Below the pieces are notes generated by a model. It was not told the origin of the DNA. It saw only the letters and a list, made by a program, of their open reading frames with translations, and ran no database searches. The translations under genes were made by a program, and so were the position numbers. 64,000 bases of DNA, taken from assembly GCA_964016885.1 (NCBI GenBank), contig OZ024741.1, forward strand, positions 393,700,001 through 393,764,000, read 5' to 3'. Positions 1 through 12,779 of the stretch are shown here, one piece after another; the first letter of the stretch is position 1; every line of letters begins with the position of its first letter. The stretch comes from Eledone cirrhosa (Eukaryota).

Positions 1-735
1 TCGCGTATATTACTATTACACATCCAGCGGAGCATGCAAGCTTCGTTCCTCTCTAGTCTGCGTATATCCTCTGCACACAATGCCCAGGTCTCACTGCCAT
101 GCAACATTGCTGTTCGTATGCAGGCATCATACAACCTGCCTTTCATTTTTAGGGAGAACCCTTTAGCGGCTAATAGTGGTATAAGCTCTCTGAACCTTTT
201 CCATCCAGTTCTGACTCTAGCTACTGTACTTTCAGAGCACCCTCCCCCACTGCTGATTTTGTCACCCAGGTAACGGAAGCTGTCCACTATTTCTATAGAA
301 CCCTCTGCGCAGTTGAAAGAGCTAGTATTTTATGGGCACTTGCTGCTACTTATTGCACCAGAGCACCGGCCACATGTAAAATCTGTGTTCTTAGTTAGCT
401 TACCTGTGATCCCACTACATCTTTTATGCACCCATACTTTGCATTTGGGACATAAAATGGAGTTTCTACCTACGCCTTTCCTACACACTGAGCATGGCCA
501 TTTCCCGGAAGGGACCGGCGCCTTATTTTCTTTCCTACAAACTAGAACTTTAGTCTTAGCCAGGTTAATTTTAAGGCCTTTTGATTCTAGGCCGTGCTTC
601 CATGTTTGGAATTTCTTCTCTAGCTCGGCCATTGATTCAACCATGAGCGTTAGGTCATCTGCGTATAGGAGTTCCCATGGGCAGCCGGTCTTGAACTCCT
701 CTGTTATAGCCTGAAGAGCAACAATAAATAGGGGC
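1..735 (-). mobile_element. RTE-clade LINE fragment: RT C-terminal half with an embedded PHD-like Cys/His finger; runs off the window
   Basis: ORF 330..815 has LLYADDL, GLKINLAKTK and CSVC..CPKC..HKRC..CGRC. The downstream thumb region matches 6136-7003 and 38262-39030. Confidence 0.9.
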
Positions 736-2683
736 ATAAATAACCAAAAGTGTTCCTTACATTGCTCGGAAAGAGTTTTTGGGGTTAAGTTCACATCAAG
801 ATTTATTGCTCGCAAAAATAGCGTGTTTTGATTTTGCAGTAGGTCAAGGGAGGTAACTCTGGCCGGTGTTAGGGCAGTCTTTCCCGGACAAATTTTTATC
901 CGTTACAAGATGTGGTTACAACCTTACCATTGTCGATACGCACGGAGTCATGTAACCCACGCTTATTTTGAGACGTTTGTTTTTCCGCACCTGTTTGCCT
1001 GGGTCGTTTGAGGCTGGGTCTGGTATGCATGGTTAGTTTCCTGGGTGTTATTTTGCAGCGCCTGCCCGCCGGGATGTTAAAACTTGTTGCAGGGAGATCC
1101 GGTGCACGGTTTCACTCCTCATCCTTAACCCATCTGAAGAAGGATATTTTAAAGCGATGTGTACAACTTATCGCTGTTTCAGCTCTGCTGTGGATGAGCT
1201 CGCGGGGTGCAGTTATGATGTGGTAGAGCTCCATGAGGCAAAGATCGCACTTCCTCTTGAAGTTGTACGGTGCAGCCCTGCCGACAATATCCCAGTGCGT
1301 GGTGAATCTGATGTTTAAGTCCTTTAATGATGTGATGAGTCCGCGAGCGAAGTGGAGTGTCTTAATTTCTTATTTGTGAAAGAGTGGAGATGTGTTCGAA
1401 ACCTAATTTTGAACGGGACGGAGGTAGCTCCTATATAATGTTTAACGCTATTGTGGCTAGTTACAGTGCATCTAATATAACCCTATCAGTCAAGCAGTAT
1501 CCTCTAAGGGGGCAGCGTCCTCTGTCGCGGCAGTTACAATTTCTGTCGCGGTTCCATCCATTTCCCACGGTAATGCTATCATTGTTGCTGCCTACTTTGT
1601 TATCCACGCTCCCGCAGCTGTCATTAGCACCATTACAACCCACAGCGCGCAGGTTGGTACGATTATTATTCCGCACGTCATGTCCTGCATGTTCCCCAGT
1701 CATTTCACGGTTATTCTGGTTGCGTCTGCAGAGGCCGTTGCCGGCACTATTGGATGCTGCTAGGGAGTTGTTAAGGCCGATAGAGTTATTGTCAGGTGTA
1801 GGTGCGTCTGTGTCAAGGTGCTGTGTCTTGGTAATCTTACTGTGGTTCGTTGTTCCTATGATGTCTGCTAGGTTAGGAGTAGTAGAGAAGGATATTTTTA
1901 TATTTTTCCTATTAAGAATTTTTCTATACCTATGGTTGGGCGGGAAGTTCTTCTCTAAGGCTTCGAAGAATATCCGGGGTATGTTGGAGGCCACACTGCG
2001 AGAGTAGGGGGGTGGAACCATAGGACGTTACAGTGGCGATTACGTGTCCTTGTATGTTTGCTACGGGTGGTTCCATCTAGGTGACCGTTCTTATGTATGT
2101 TAATGCGCTGTAGCCCGTTAGGTGCCCCTTTCACTTTATGCTCGGGTGCACTCTTCTTCCTTCTTCCATGTTTATGTACAGGAAGGTGTTGGTTGGAAGG
2201 CGTTGATAGTAGGCCGTCGCCTTTGTTGATTTTGTAGTAGGGGAATAGTTCGAGTAATCTACAGTGGTCACCGTCGCCGGGGTCGTGATCTTTAGTGCGA
2301 TTATCTATTCTATTATATCCGACTCCAACGAGGTCGCCGCGTGATCGGTTATAGGTATGGCTTACTATAACGTTCGTTTTATGAGGGGGGGGGTTTCTAG
2401 AGCTAGCGTTAGGGATGTAGGAGATTCCTTGGTTAAAGCCGGCGCTTATCAAGGCCCTATTGTAGTAATCTGCCGCTTGGTTGAAGATATCCTCATTGGC
2501 GGATAGCCTCGAGATTCTATGTGAGACACTATAAACTATGGAGTTGAGAGTCTGCTTAGGGTGGTTGGAGACATAATTAATATAAGAGATGCACTCTCCA
2601 GGCTTATGGTATGGCTTGTATAAGCCCGTACTCAACTCCAGGGTCACGTCCAGGAAGTTGACAACCTGGTGGTTGAGGTCCAC
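736..2683 (-). mobile_element. Penelope-like element, Naiad type: 5'-truncated, frameshifted RT thumb plus GIY-YIG endonuclease
   Basis: VNFLDVTLEL..YKPYHKP..SNHP; WFHPPYS..NFPPNHRYRKI; CNCRDRGRCPLRGYC (CxCx5Cx5C); VIY..YIGAT; KRKCDLCLME; stop near 1112. Confidence 0.9.
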
Positions 2684-2814
2684 TAAATATTAACACTTCG
2701 AATATTTAATACTGCCGGCACTAGTATCGAGCACCTTTGGCATACGCTACTTGGCAAATAACTATATGTATTACCTATCCTCCCTTTTTTTTCTCTCTCG
2801 ATACGTAAATACTG

Positions 2815-2861
<47 letters not shown>

Positions 2862-2989
2862 AGTAAAAAATTGTTTATCCGTGTGAGCTGGTTTGTCACT
2901 TTGATAAAAACGGGAGTAAGCAGGAGAAAGCTCTCTACATTCGTAGTGTGTAGTTGCGATGGAGATTCAGTATAAGGATAAAATTAAGA

Positions 2990-5680
2990 AAGATGTGTTT
3001 GTATAAAGTGTTTATTCATTATAATTATTTCTATGGCGTCCTGTGTGCAGTCAAGGTGCAGTAGTTGCATCTGTTACTGGTACGGGTATGATGTGATCAA
3101 ATAAATTTACGTTTATGTGATATACTGCAAGCTTTAGATTAACATTTCCTGAAGCAACACTAGTTCCATGCAATATTTAATAGACACACAATTAAACTAT
3201 CTTATTTCACGACTTGGGTAAAACATAGGAGCCACAAACAAACGCGGCTCAAGGGAAATCAACAACCCAAATATCGTATCCAACCCAACTACTTCAGCCT
3301 TCAGAAATATCACGATAGACCGGGCCCTACCGTGGGCTCAAACAACGAGATCCAGAAATCTGGACAACAACGCCTCCCTTGAATATAACTGTAGAAACCC
3401 CAATAATTGACCCTGGAGGGCAGGAGCTTTAGCAGAAACCTGGTTTATGAGTGTAGAATAAATACCAGTAACGAAGCCTTCACCTGCATCGGAGCTACGG
3501 CCAACAAATTTAAGGAGCGATGGTACAACCACTGCCACACGTTTAGAGAAATAGATAAAAGAAACAGCACTGCACCCTCTGAACAGGTGTGGTGACTCAA
3601 GTATAGGAACATTGGGTACACCCTGTCGTGGTCCAAAGTCACTTCAGCCCAAAAATATAAGGGAGGGGACATGACTCGTGTTACTGATATAATTGAAATA
3701 ATTAAGAGGGGAGCACACGTTATTAATATCAGGAATAACCTGTTCAACACCTGCCCCCATAGACTAACTAGAACCTTCCTTCAACTATATCCTTGTGGGT
3801 GTGACAACTGGCACCACCCAACCTGACCACGTAGAACCAGGCATAGCCGTGCATCGACATCAACTTATAGCGAACCCTTGATGCCCTGTGTATGTCCACT
3901 ATACATCACATTACTCTCCATTCTATTACACACTTATAGGATTATGTATTTACACTATGATGGTCCGTGTTTCTTGTACTTTGTATTTTGTATGTATATT
4001 TATACTTATATCTATATTACAATTGGTTTTGTTTGCTACCTTACAACATATGCTTATCATACCATATTGAATTACGATTGTTCCTAATGTATTATATGTT
4101 ATATGTTTACGTCATAGTATACTATCTTACATATGCTATCTTTCATACACACACCCTTAATTCAACAACTTACATGAATGTGCTCACACCTGTGTGTGTG
4201 TTAACATGTATGTATGTGCACATCGATGTATATATCCATCCTTCGTCTTACATACTTGTTTTCATATTGTTATATTGCCCGATACTTGTCTCATATTATG
4301 TTATTCTATGTTAGGTAAATACGTGGGTTTGTATGTCGGTAAGTATATATGTATATATAGATATGTGTATATATGTACATGTGTATATGTAGATATGTGT
4401 ATATATGTGTGTATGTATTTTGTTGCTACTTCCCTATTACTCACCTTCGTCGTTAGGTTATTTTCTAGTATATTGTGTCTTGTGTTATAACATGTACTTA
4501 CTATACCATATTGAATTTTGATCGTCATTGATATGTTGCGGTGTGCTATATGGCCATAGCATGACATAATATCTACCCATACACCACCTTACGTGCACCC
4601 TTCACTCAGCAACGTGCACGAATATGCACACACATGTATATGGCATGGATCTATGTGTGTGCGTATGGATGCAAATGTCAATCACTCGTCACACATAGTT
4701 ACATAATACTGTTATATTGGTTTTATCGTATTACTTGTATTATACTATATATTTTTAGGTATACACTTATATATATGTGTGTTTATGAATAAGTGCACGT
4801 ATATATGTGTTTCTATATTTTGTTATTCTCACCCTTTCTCACTTCTGGTCCCCCCCCCTCTATAACCACACTTACAGTACTAGATTTTTATCTTTATCCT
4901 TATCCTTATTTTATTTTAATTAATATCAGTATTTTCTTTCTTTGGCGTCTCTACCCTTTACGTGTTTAAAATCCTTGTAAATCCTTTATTTACAATCCAG
5001 TACTTCGGTCACATAGTCCTTACTTCTAGTAATTTGTTTTCTTTTGTAGTTGTTGATATCACTTCAGATATTGCTGTTGGAATCCATACCCCGTTGTCGT
5101 CACTGTTGCTGTGGTGGTGGTTGTTGTTAATGTTGTTGTGGCTGTCACTATCACAGTGGCTGCTATTATTATTGTCGTTGTCGTGGTCGAATTAGTTGCC
5201 ATTATCAATGTTGTTGTTATTGCTGTCAGGGTTGTAGCTGTCGTTTTATCGCCCACTCCCAACGTTTTTATTGCATCTACTATCTAACCAAATACAGAAA
5301 CAGAGTGCTTGTAGACTGAGTGTCTGGAATTTCGACCATCTTCCTACCCTCGTGTAAAGAGAGAAAGATAACATTTAGATAAGTTATAATCTCGGTACTA
5401 TAGCCAGTTGAGGAAGTCAGGATTGCTAATTGACACATCAATCACGTCTCGCTCCACAAATTGTAAACAATAGCTGGAAGGACCCTTTTAGGAACTCATA
5501 TGCTTGTTGGGCACACAAGAAAACAAACATGTTTTGCCTGCAGCATATCACGTAAACGTAAATTTATCTGATCACATCACACCTGTAGCAGCAACAGATG
5601 CAACTACTGCACCTTGACTGCACACGGGATGCCATAGAAATACTTGTAATGAATAAACACTTTATGTAATCACAGCATCT
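2990..5680 (+). mobile_element. Degraded Naiad-type PLE 3' portion bounded by ~145-bp inverted repeats
   Basis: 3384-3600 reads NCRNPNN*PLEGR..NLVYECR..IGATANKFKERWYNH (GIY-YIG). 2990-3135 is the reverse complement of ~5535-5680. Confidence 0.75.
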
Positions 5681-5696
5681 TTAAATATATATATAT

Positions 5697-5810
5697 AAGG
5701 AAAGCACAAACAAGGGACAGCCCTTTCTTCAGTTGTCTAAATGTGCTGAAATGTCAGTGATCACCAGCAGACAACTAAAGAAGGGACTGTCCCTTGTTTG
5801 TGCTTTCCTT
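5697..5810. repeat. Hairpin with ~42-bp arms next to (TA)n
   Basis: aaggaaagcacaaacaagggacag... pairs with ...ctgtcccttgtttgtgctttcctt. Confidence 0.85.
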
Positions 5811-5856
5811 TTATTTCTAAATCCACTTTATCAAGTAACCCAGCCCCTTGTTTCTT

Positions 5857-6052
<196 letters not shown>

Positions 6053-6135
6053 CTGATAAGCAAACCCATTCCTAAATATATATGTATATATATTGTATAT
6101 ATGTATATATATTGATAACCAAACACATTTCTAAA

Positions 6136-7003
6136 TCATCATCATCATCATCGTTTAACGTCCATCTTCCACGCTAGCATAGGTTTGGACGGGAATTTTC
6201 CCACTTGAGGCAAGATTGGTTGTCTTGCTCGTATAGGACTGTCTGGCGGGTTCTCTACAGCTGGATGCCCTTCCTAACACCAACCACGTTTACAGTGTGG
6301 ACAGGGAGGTTTTTACCGTGTTACCTACACGGCCACATTACAGCGTGGACTGTGTGTTTTTTTTTTCGTGACACCTACACGACCTCATTTATTTCGGCCT
6401 GGATGTTGTGGTACCAACATAACTTTACATTGAAAGGGGTGGTGTGGATGGGGTGGGGGTGGTGGGACGGGGGTGTATTTTTGTTAGAGGTGCCTACTGA
6501 CTGTAGGTTTTGCTTTATACTTAGGCAAGGCGAGTCTTCTGTATTACTGTGTAGCGCCAAAGATCTTGGTCCAGTGACATTGTCTTGGAGAGGTGTAAGT
6601 GTGTGAGGTCAGAATTTATCAAGTCGTCCCAGGTGTTTCTGGGTCTGCCTACTCCGTGGCTACCGTCTATTTTTATCGCCCTGCACTTTTTTATACAGCT
6701 GTCGTCTTTCCTGCGCATCACGTGACCATACCAACGTAGTCTTCTCTCGAGTAAACAACATCTGATTCCTCTTATTCCTAATTTCTCCCTTAGTTCATTT
6801 ATGCTTTGCCGCTCACGTATATTACTATTACACATCCAACGGAGCATGCAAGCTTCGTTCCTCTCTAGTCTGCGTATATCCTCTGCACACAATGCCCAAG
6901 TCTCACTGCCATGTAACATTGCTGTTCGTATGCATGCATCATACAGCCTGCCTTTCATTTTTAGAGAGAACCCTTTAGCGGCCAATAGTGGTATAAGCTC
7001 TCT
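6136..7003 (-). mobile_element. 5'-truncated RTE LINE 3' end with (ATG)n tail
   Basis: ORF 6521..7171: KGRLYDACIRTAMLHGSETW..RRLRWYGHVMR..GRPRNTW. (CAT)n at 6137-6152. Flanked by near-identical sequence at ~6051-6135 and ~7043-7121. Confidence 0.9.
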
Positions 7004-7823
7004 ATATGTATATATTTTGTATATATGTATATATGTATATATATTGATAAGCAAACACATTTCTAAATATATATGTATATATATTGTATATATGTATATA
7101 TATTGATACACATTCCTAAATCTGTTTATATATGTGAATTTTTCACTAACTACTCCAACACGTTCACTCACAACTTCAGGAGTGGTAGTAGCATATTAAC
7201 ACTACTGCCACTAATACAACTATAGAGGTCACAGAGGCCAAAACACCCCTATATTCAGAGTATATACAGTTATTATTATTTGTTGCTAAAAAAAACACTA
7301 ACCAACTAACCTGATTCCAGGACAACTGAACGAAGAAATTCAATTGACTTATTGGAATGGTGAAACTAAATCTGACCAATGGGAAAGAAGTGAATTCTAT
7401 TGATGTTTGAATTTGTTCATTCTAAATCATGTGTGACCAGTGCTTTGAGAAAACAACACCAAACTTCAGCACTGAGCATATAAACAATCGAAATAACATA
7501 AGTAAGCTTTATTCCTTCGTTATGTTTTTTTTCTGTTTTCTGTTCAAATTCTAGCTGGCTGATGAGGTTATAGCTGTTGCATAATGGTTACACCGAAATA
7601 TATATATATAACAGCAAATATGGATAAACGAAGTTAATTTTAACCTTACACTTCTTGTTTTTAAATTACACCTGAGTAAACTAGATGATTCTTACAGAAA
7701 CATCTAGTTTCTCGAAACCTTTGGTAATGAAATAATTATATTGTGTTGTTTATTATGTAATTAAATAGCTCTGTACAATACATAGAGCACTGTCCTTTTC
7801 TTTACCTTTTCTACGGAAATACT

Positions 7824-7892
<69 letters not shown>

Positions 7893-7919
7893 TATATATA
7901 CTACGTTTTGTATTTGTTT

Positions 7920-8087
7920 TACAAAATCAACGTCGATGGATGGGTATAGGGACACCACACCCATACTACCTATTGTACAGCCTCTCAGGTCCCCGGATAT
8001 ATTGCATTCGTTGATTCTGCTGAGGAGGTCCTCCGTGCTGTCACATATGTCTGAGGACATTGTGATCATGGCGCGTATGATCATGGA
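7920..8087 (-). mobile_element. PLE reverse-transcriptase fragment, inverted relative to the adjacent pseudo-LTR
   Basis: ICDSTEDLLSRI..IGSMGVVSLYPSID resembles the PLE RT motif S-x-D-V-x-x-LYPSI. Confidence 0.7.
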
Positions 8088-8531
8088 AAATTAAACAGAA
8101 ACATGAGTGGAATAGCAACAACATCACAACTAATAATTAAGGAGAAGGTAAATACATACAGACACACACAAGAACGAAACTAATAAAACAAACAAAATAC
8201 AAACAGAACAAGCAACCAACTAGTGACAAGTAAATAAATAAATAAAAACACTCACACACCCGAATATAACGCAACTGCAGCCCAAATACACAGCACACAA
8301 CACACAAAAACAAGATGATGTCGAACAGAACAAAGGAGAGACACAAATAACAAATTAATCACTGAGGAGGTCACAGAATGTGTGAAGAAAGAGCTTTGAC
8401 AATATAAAAAAACCATCCGGTTATGAAACCAACCAACTGGAAATTTGTAATAAACTGAAGTGAAAACCAACAGGCGCATGTGTTAGCTATTGGCAACATG
8501 ACCCCCCCCCTACCCTATCCAAGTATAACAA
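8088..8531 (+). mobile_element. PLE pseudo-LTR/tail carrying a hammerhead motif
   Basis: Homologous to 24545-24870 and 56800-57320. Ends atgaccc..ccaagtataacaa followed by (TA)n. Confidence 0.75.
8358..8400 (+). ncRNA. Minimal type I hammerhead ribozyme motif (one stem II mismatch)
   Basis: atca-CTGAGGA-g-gtcac-agaatgt-gtgaa-GAAA-gagc-tt-tgac. Confidence 0.65.
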
Positions 8532-8897
8532 TATATATATATATATATATCCCACATCTTACGTTAACTATTTTTTCCATTTTGACGCTATAGTCACTTA
8601 TATATTATGGAATACTGTTGGCTTCTTGCTACAATAATCTCTATACTTTTCATTTATATATATATATCACAATGTCCAGAATAGTTTATGCACCAAGATA
8701 GTTCTAGTGTATAAATTAATATTCACCATTTACCAGCATTTCTGCAACGACTTTCCAGCGTTTTCATTCAAGTTAGTTGACAATCCTGAATGCTGCACCA
8801 TTCATTTGATAACTGACTGATGTTATAATAAACTGATAGCAATGAAAAAGATGATAATCTTAAAAATCTAAGAATTTTAACATGGTTATAGTAAATA

Positions 8898-9155
8898 CTA
8901 GCAGAATGGCCCGGCGCTGCTCGGGATTCTAAACATAGATTAGCATGTTTATCCCTCCTTTCTGAAACAGTACAGAGAAGTACGGAATACCTTGGCCTCA
9001 GGATGGTGTCTAAATTTTGTGCTTATAAAAAGAAATTCGTCGTAGATTACCAGGGTTTTTTTTTCGTACGAAGAAAATCAATACTTTATCGCAAAAAAAA
9101 TACTTTTGTTTATATTTTGTTATTGTGTATGCAAAAATATCTGTACAAGAATATA

Positions 9156-9219
<64 letters not shown>

Positions 9220-9331
9220 TAACAGATTAAAGTTTAAGCAAAGAATCGCTGCTTTCACCCTTAACGGGATCTTCTGAAACTAAAAAAATCGATCCGTGAA
9301 CGCAGAAGTAAATATTTCGAAAAACGTTACA

Positions 9332-9370
<39 letters not shown>

Positions 9371-9765
9371 ATATATATATATACATATATATATATACAC
9401 ACTATATATATACATATATATATACACACTATATATATACATATATATACACACACACACACATATAGCGTCATAATGTCGTGATACAGACAGCCAGACA
9501 TACAGACAGATTTTATAAGGGCGCAACGTTATATCTATGTATCTATCTAAATAGAAAGACTAAGAATTATATAGAGAGAACGCTAAATCGACTAATGCAG
9601 TCCCTAGGGCATTGAAAATTCGAAATATTCTTTGCTCAAAACACTCACAGGACTATAAGTATTACGTGTGTAAAGTTTGAAAACAATCGGTTGGGTGGTT
9701 CTCGAGTTTTAGGGAGTCAGACAGACAGACAGACAGACAGACATTCTCTGTTTTAGATATATAGA
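8898..9765 (-). mobile_element. Non-autonomous Helitron
   Basis: Minus-strand 5' end TCTATATATCTAAAACAGAGAATG(TCTG)n. 3' end is the hairpin cccgagcagcgccggg followed by ccattctgCTAG|T. Confidence 0.8.
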
Positions 9766-9801
9766 CTAGCAGAAAACCACCCGTCGGCGGTTTTCTGCTA
9801 G

Positions 9802-10290
9802 TCTATATATCTAAAACAGAGAATGTCTGTCTGTCTGTCAGCTCACTAAAACTTGAGAACCATCCAACCGATTGTTTTCAAACTTTAGACATGTAATACT
9901 TATGGTCCTGTGAGTGTTTTGAGCAAAAATTAATTCAAATTTTCAATGCCCTAGGGACCGCATTAGGCGATTTAGCGTTCTCTCTATATAATTCTTAGTC
10001 TTTCTTTTTAGATAGATACATAGATATAACGTTGCGCCCTTATAATATCTGTCTGTATGTTTGGCTGTCTGCATTACGTCATTATGATGCGCTCACTGTG
10101 TGTGTGTATATATATATATGTATCGTAATGCAGACAGCAAGACATAGCTTTCCTTCCCCTCTTCCAGCGTCTCTCTCTCTCTCCCTCCCGCTATCCCCCT
10201 CTTGTAGTCTGTCTCTTTCTTTAACTCTAACTCTCTCTCTACGCGTCGGACAGACAGACAGAGAAATTGCTGGTTATATATTATAAGGAG
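9802..10290 (+). mobile_element. Second Helitron copy (5' part), head-to-head with the first
   Basis: ctgctag|TCTATATATCTAAAACAGAGAATGTCTG; ~320 bp is the reverse complement of 9460-9778. Confidence 0.8.
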
Positions 10291-10482
10291 ATTAATAGTT
10301 ATGTAATAAACAGCATAAGATAATTATTTGATTTACCAGTGGTTTCTTGAAGGCAGATGTTGTGTCTTCAGTCGTCAGAATGAATAAATAACATGATGTT
10401 TTCATGAAATATGGATTTCACACATATATAGATTAATATACAAAATACGTTTTAGAGGCACATAAATTTAACATTTACTTAC

Positions 10483-10789
10483 CTGGGGAGTTGCAGAGGT
10501 AAGTAGGTATTGCTGTTATGTTCTCGAATAATGTTGATGTACGAAGATGAGAAATTGAACCTGATATCAAGGGAAGAAGTGTAGAGTTAGATAATGCTAT
10601 TATTGTAGAGGTTGCAATTGATGTGGTAGTTGTGTTCAATTGGTGAGTTGTAGGGTTAGTTATTACTGAATCATCTAGTTTTGCTTGAGGAGAAGTGGAC
10701 ATATTAATTGACGGCAACATCGTTGTTGTTAGACTGTAATTCAAAGTCATCTTTGTCAGGTTTGAAAAGATCTCAGGTCTTTCAATGAA
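10483..10789 (-). CDS. Probable host coding exon: Ser/Thr-rich, N-glycosylation-rich extracellular segment
   Basis: Acceptor tatttcAG, donor CAG|GTAAGT and an open frame with sequons NLT, NYS, NMS, NTT, NST and NIT, ending YLCNSPG. Not repeated elsewhere in the window. Confidence 0.55.
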
Positions 10790-10914
10790 CTGAAATAGAT
10801 AAATACGAATGAATACATATAAATATTTTAATAAACCCATCGAAATAATTTCATACTTTATATATGAAAGAGAAAAATAATATTAAACTATAAAGGTTCA
10901 TAGATATATTTGAA

Positions 10915-11050
10915 GATGGAGTATGGTTGAATGATTAAGGGATTTGCAGCACAATCATTAGATCCTGTGCCCAATCCCACTGTGTGGCATCATATGAAAA
11001 TGTTATTTACCATGGTCACAGGTTAACCCATACCTTGTGAGTGAAACTGT
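10915..11050 (+). mobile_element. Old tRNA-derived SINE
   Basis: Degenerate A box (tggttgaatga) and B-like box (gcccaatccc), then ccataccttgtgagtgaaactg. Confidence 0.5.
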
Positions 11051-11657
11051 AAATCACACACATTCATGAACGATTAGATGTCTTGTATATCTGGTAGATT
11101 AATTTATTGATTATTGATTAACTGATCAGTTGAATAATTAATTAAGATCGACCACTGATGAAAGCTCGAATCTTGGCGTGATAATCACCCGTTTAATTAT
11201 GGTTTCTCATGTTTTCTTTCGAATCAGAAATAGTTGTTTGGGAATACCGTTGGTCAATGTATTGTTAATGTGAAGTAAGTGACATTTCCTTGTTCTAACT
11301 GATTGTACGCTCTATATGTTTCTTTTTTTTTTATATATATATATACAAGATGTCTAATTTGCTCTACCAATAACAATATCTTATGTGTGTCCTCTGCTTC
11401 AGAAATTTTAGCGCCTTTGCATCGAGGGGTTTTCTGGTCGGCAAATTGGTGTACAAAATTGTTTTTTTGTATACCGATATTTTGATTACACACACACATA
11501 TATATATACTGTTTATGTTAGGTTGTTTACCAATGTGTGGAACTGGTGATTCCAGTTAGTAAACAATGACACAATGAATTAAAGCACTCGACGTTCTACA
11601 GACCATCCATCGTAGATGAGGTATCCAATGGCTGGTGTAGCAACAGAGTGGAATATC

Positions 11658-12022
11658 CATTAAAAACAACGGAAGGCCTGACTGGAAACCTTATAATGTT
11701 AATTCCACGAAAACACTTTACATATTTCAATGGCCCAGCTTCATCAGAATATGATACAAGACCCAGGCAATTTCATCAGGTGTTAATTGCAGAATATAGT
11801 TATATAAGAGAACAGCATTTTGGTGAACACAAACAGAGAATAGAAAATAGAGGACCGATTTTGATTCGGAGACGACCTGCCGTTACAATGACACGGAATC
11901 GGCATGAAATTGCCTGGGTTTTGTATCATATTCTGATGAAGCTGGGCCATTGAAATATGTAAAGTGTTTTCACGGAATTAAAATTATAAGGTTTCCAGTC
12001 AGGCCTTCCGTTGTTTTTAATG
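11658..12022. repeat. Fold-back with ~119-bp inverted arms and a ~127-bp spacer
   Basis: 11658-11776 is the near-perfect reverse complement of 11904-12022. Confidence 0.9.
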
Positions 12023-12103
12023 ATGTATGTATGTATGTATGTATGTATGTATGTATGTATGTATGTATGTATGTATGTATGTATGTATGTATGTATGTAT
12101 GTT

Positions 12104-12716
12104 TATGTCAGGTCACCAGTTGGTGCTACTGGTAACATGTATCCCAGTACAGCCTGTTTCATGGTCGGGTCGTTGGCAACTAAACTGGCAACCCCACCAA
12201 GGTTTCTTGGTGAGGAGGGTGACTTTGGACATCCTGCAGGACTAAAAACAAAACCTGTCAAAGGGCAAAGAGCTCTTAAGAGTCAATGGCCATCCAAAAT
12301 CACCGGGAGAGATGACGCCTTAGCCTTTGCCAAGGCAGAATTCTAGGAGAAGGAAAACTGTGATATAACACCTGCAACTCTGATGGTATCCAATGATGTT
12401 GACTTGTTCTTCTTTTTGGTAAATATCATCTTAGTTAAGAGAGTGGGACTGGCTTTGTGCAGTGCATTTGCTCACTATAAAAGCTTCACGGCACAGGCAT
12501 TGCTTTATATCTGGAGATCTCTCTGCACTTGTCGTCACATGGTACCATGGGCCCAGCACTATGTGTCAATAATTGTCACAAGTGTAGTGTTTGTACCAGA
12601 GTTTTCAAGTCGCTGGCTGGACGAAAATGTCACACTCGTTCAGCGCATCAATAGGGGTTCTCCTACATGGATATAAAGTAGTGGCCGTACTCGAAAACGA
12701 GTTGGCAGCCACCATG
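12104..12716 (+). mobile_element. Bipartite non-autonomous RTE derivative (family A): RTE 5' UTR joined to an RTE 3' end, in (TATG)n
   Basis: Head is homologous to the 5' UTR of the RTE at 63480-63685. It carries the motif ctaggagaaggaaaact and a 3' C2H2 remnant (CTRVFKSLAG..H..H). Other copies at 33356 and 51168. Confidence 0.8.
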
Positions 12717-12779
12717 TATGTATGTTAAAGGGCGGAGGAACTCAGGAGAGTAAACGACCATCCAATAGAGTTTTGTTTT

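Noticed and set aside
330-520. Host PHD-finger gene
   Set aside because: The finger lies inside an RTE RT ORF and is part of the element.
5059-5262. Thr-rich mucin-like ORF
   Set aside because: It is a (GTT)-rich low-complexity tract within a PLE tail.
7130-7510. Thr-rich possible exon ending in gtaagc
   Set aside because: There are stops in all plus frames and no convincing acceptor.
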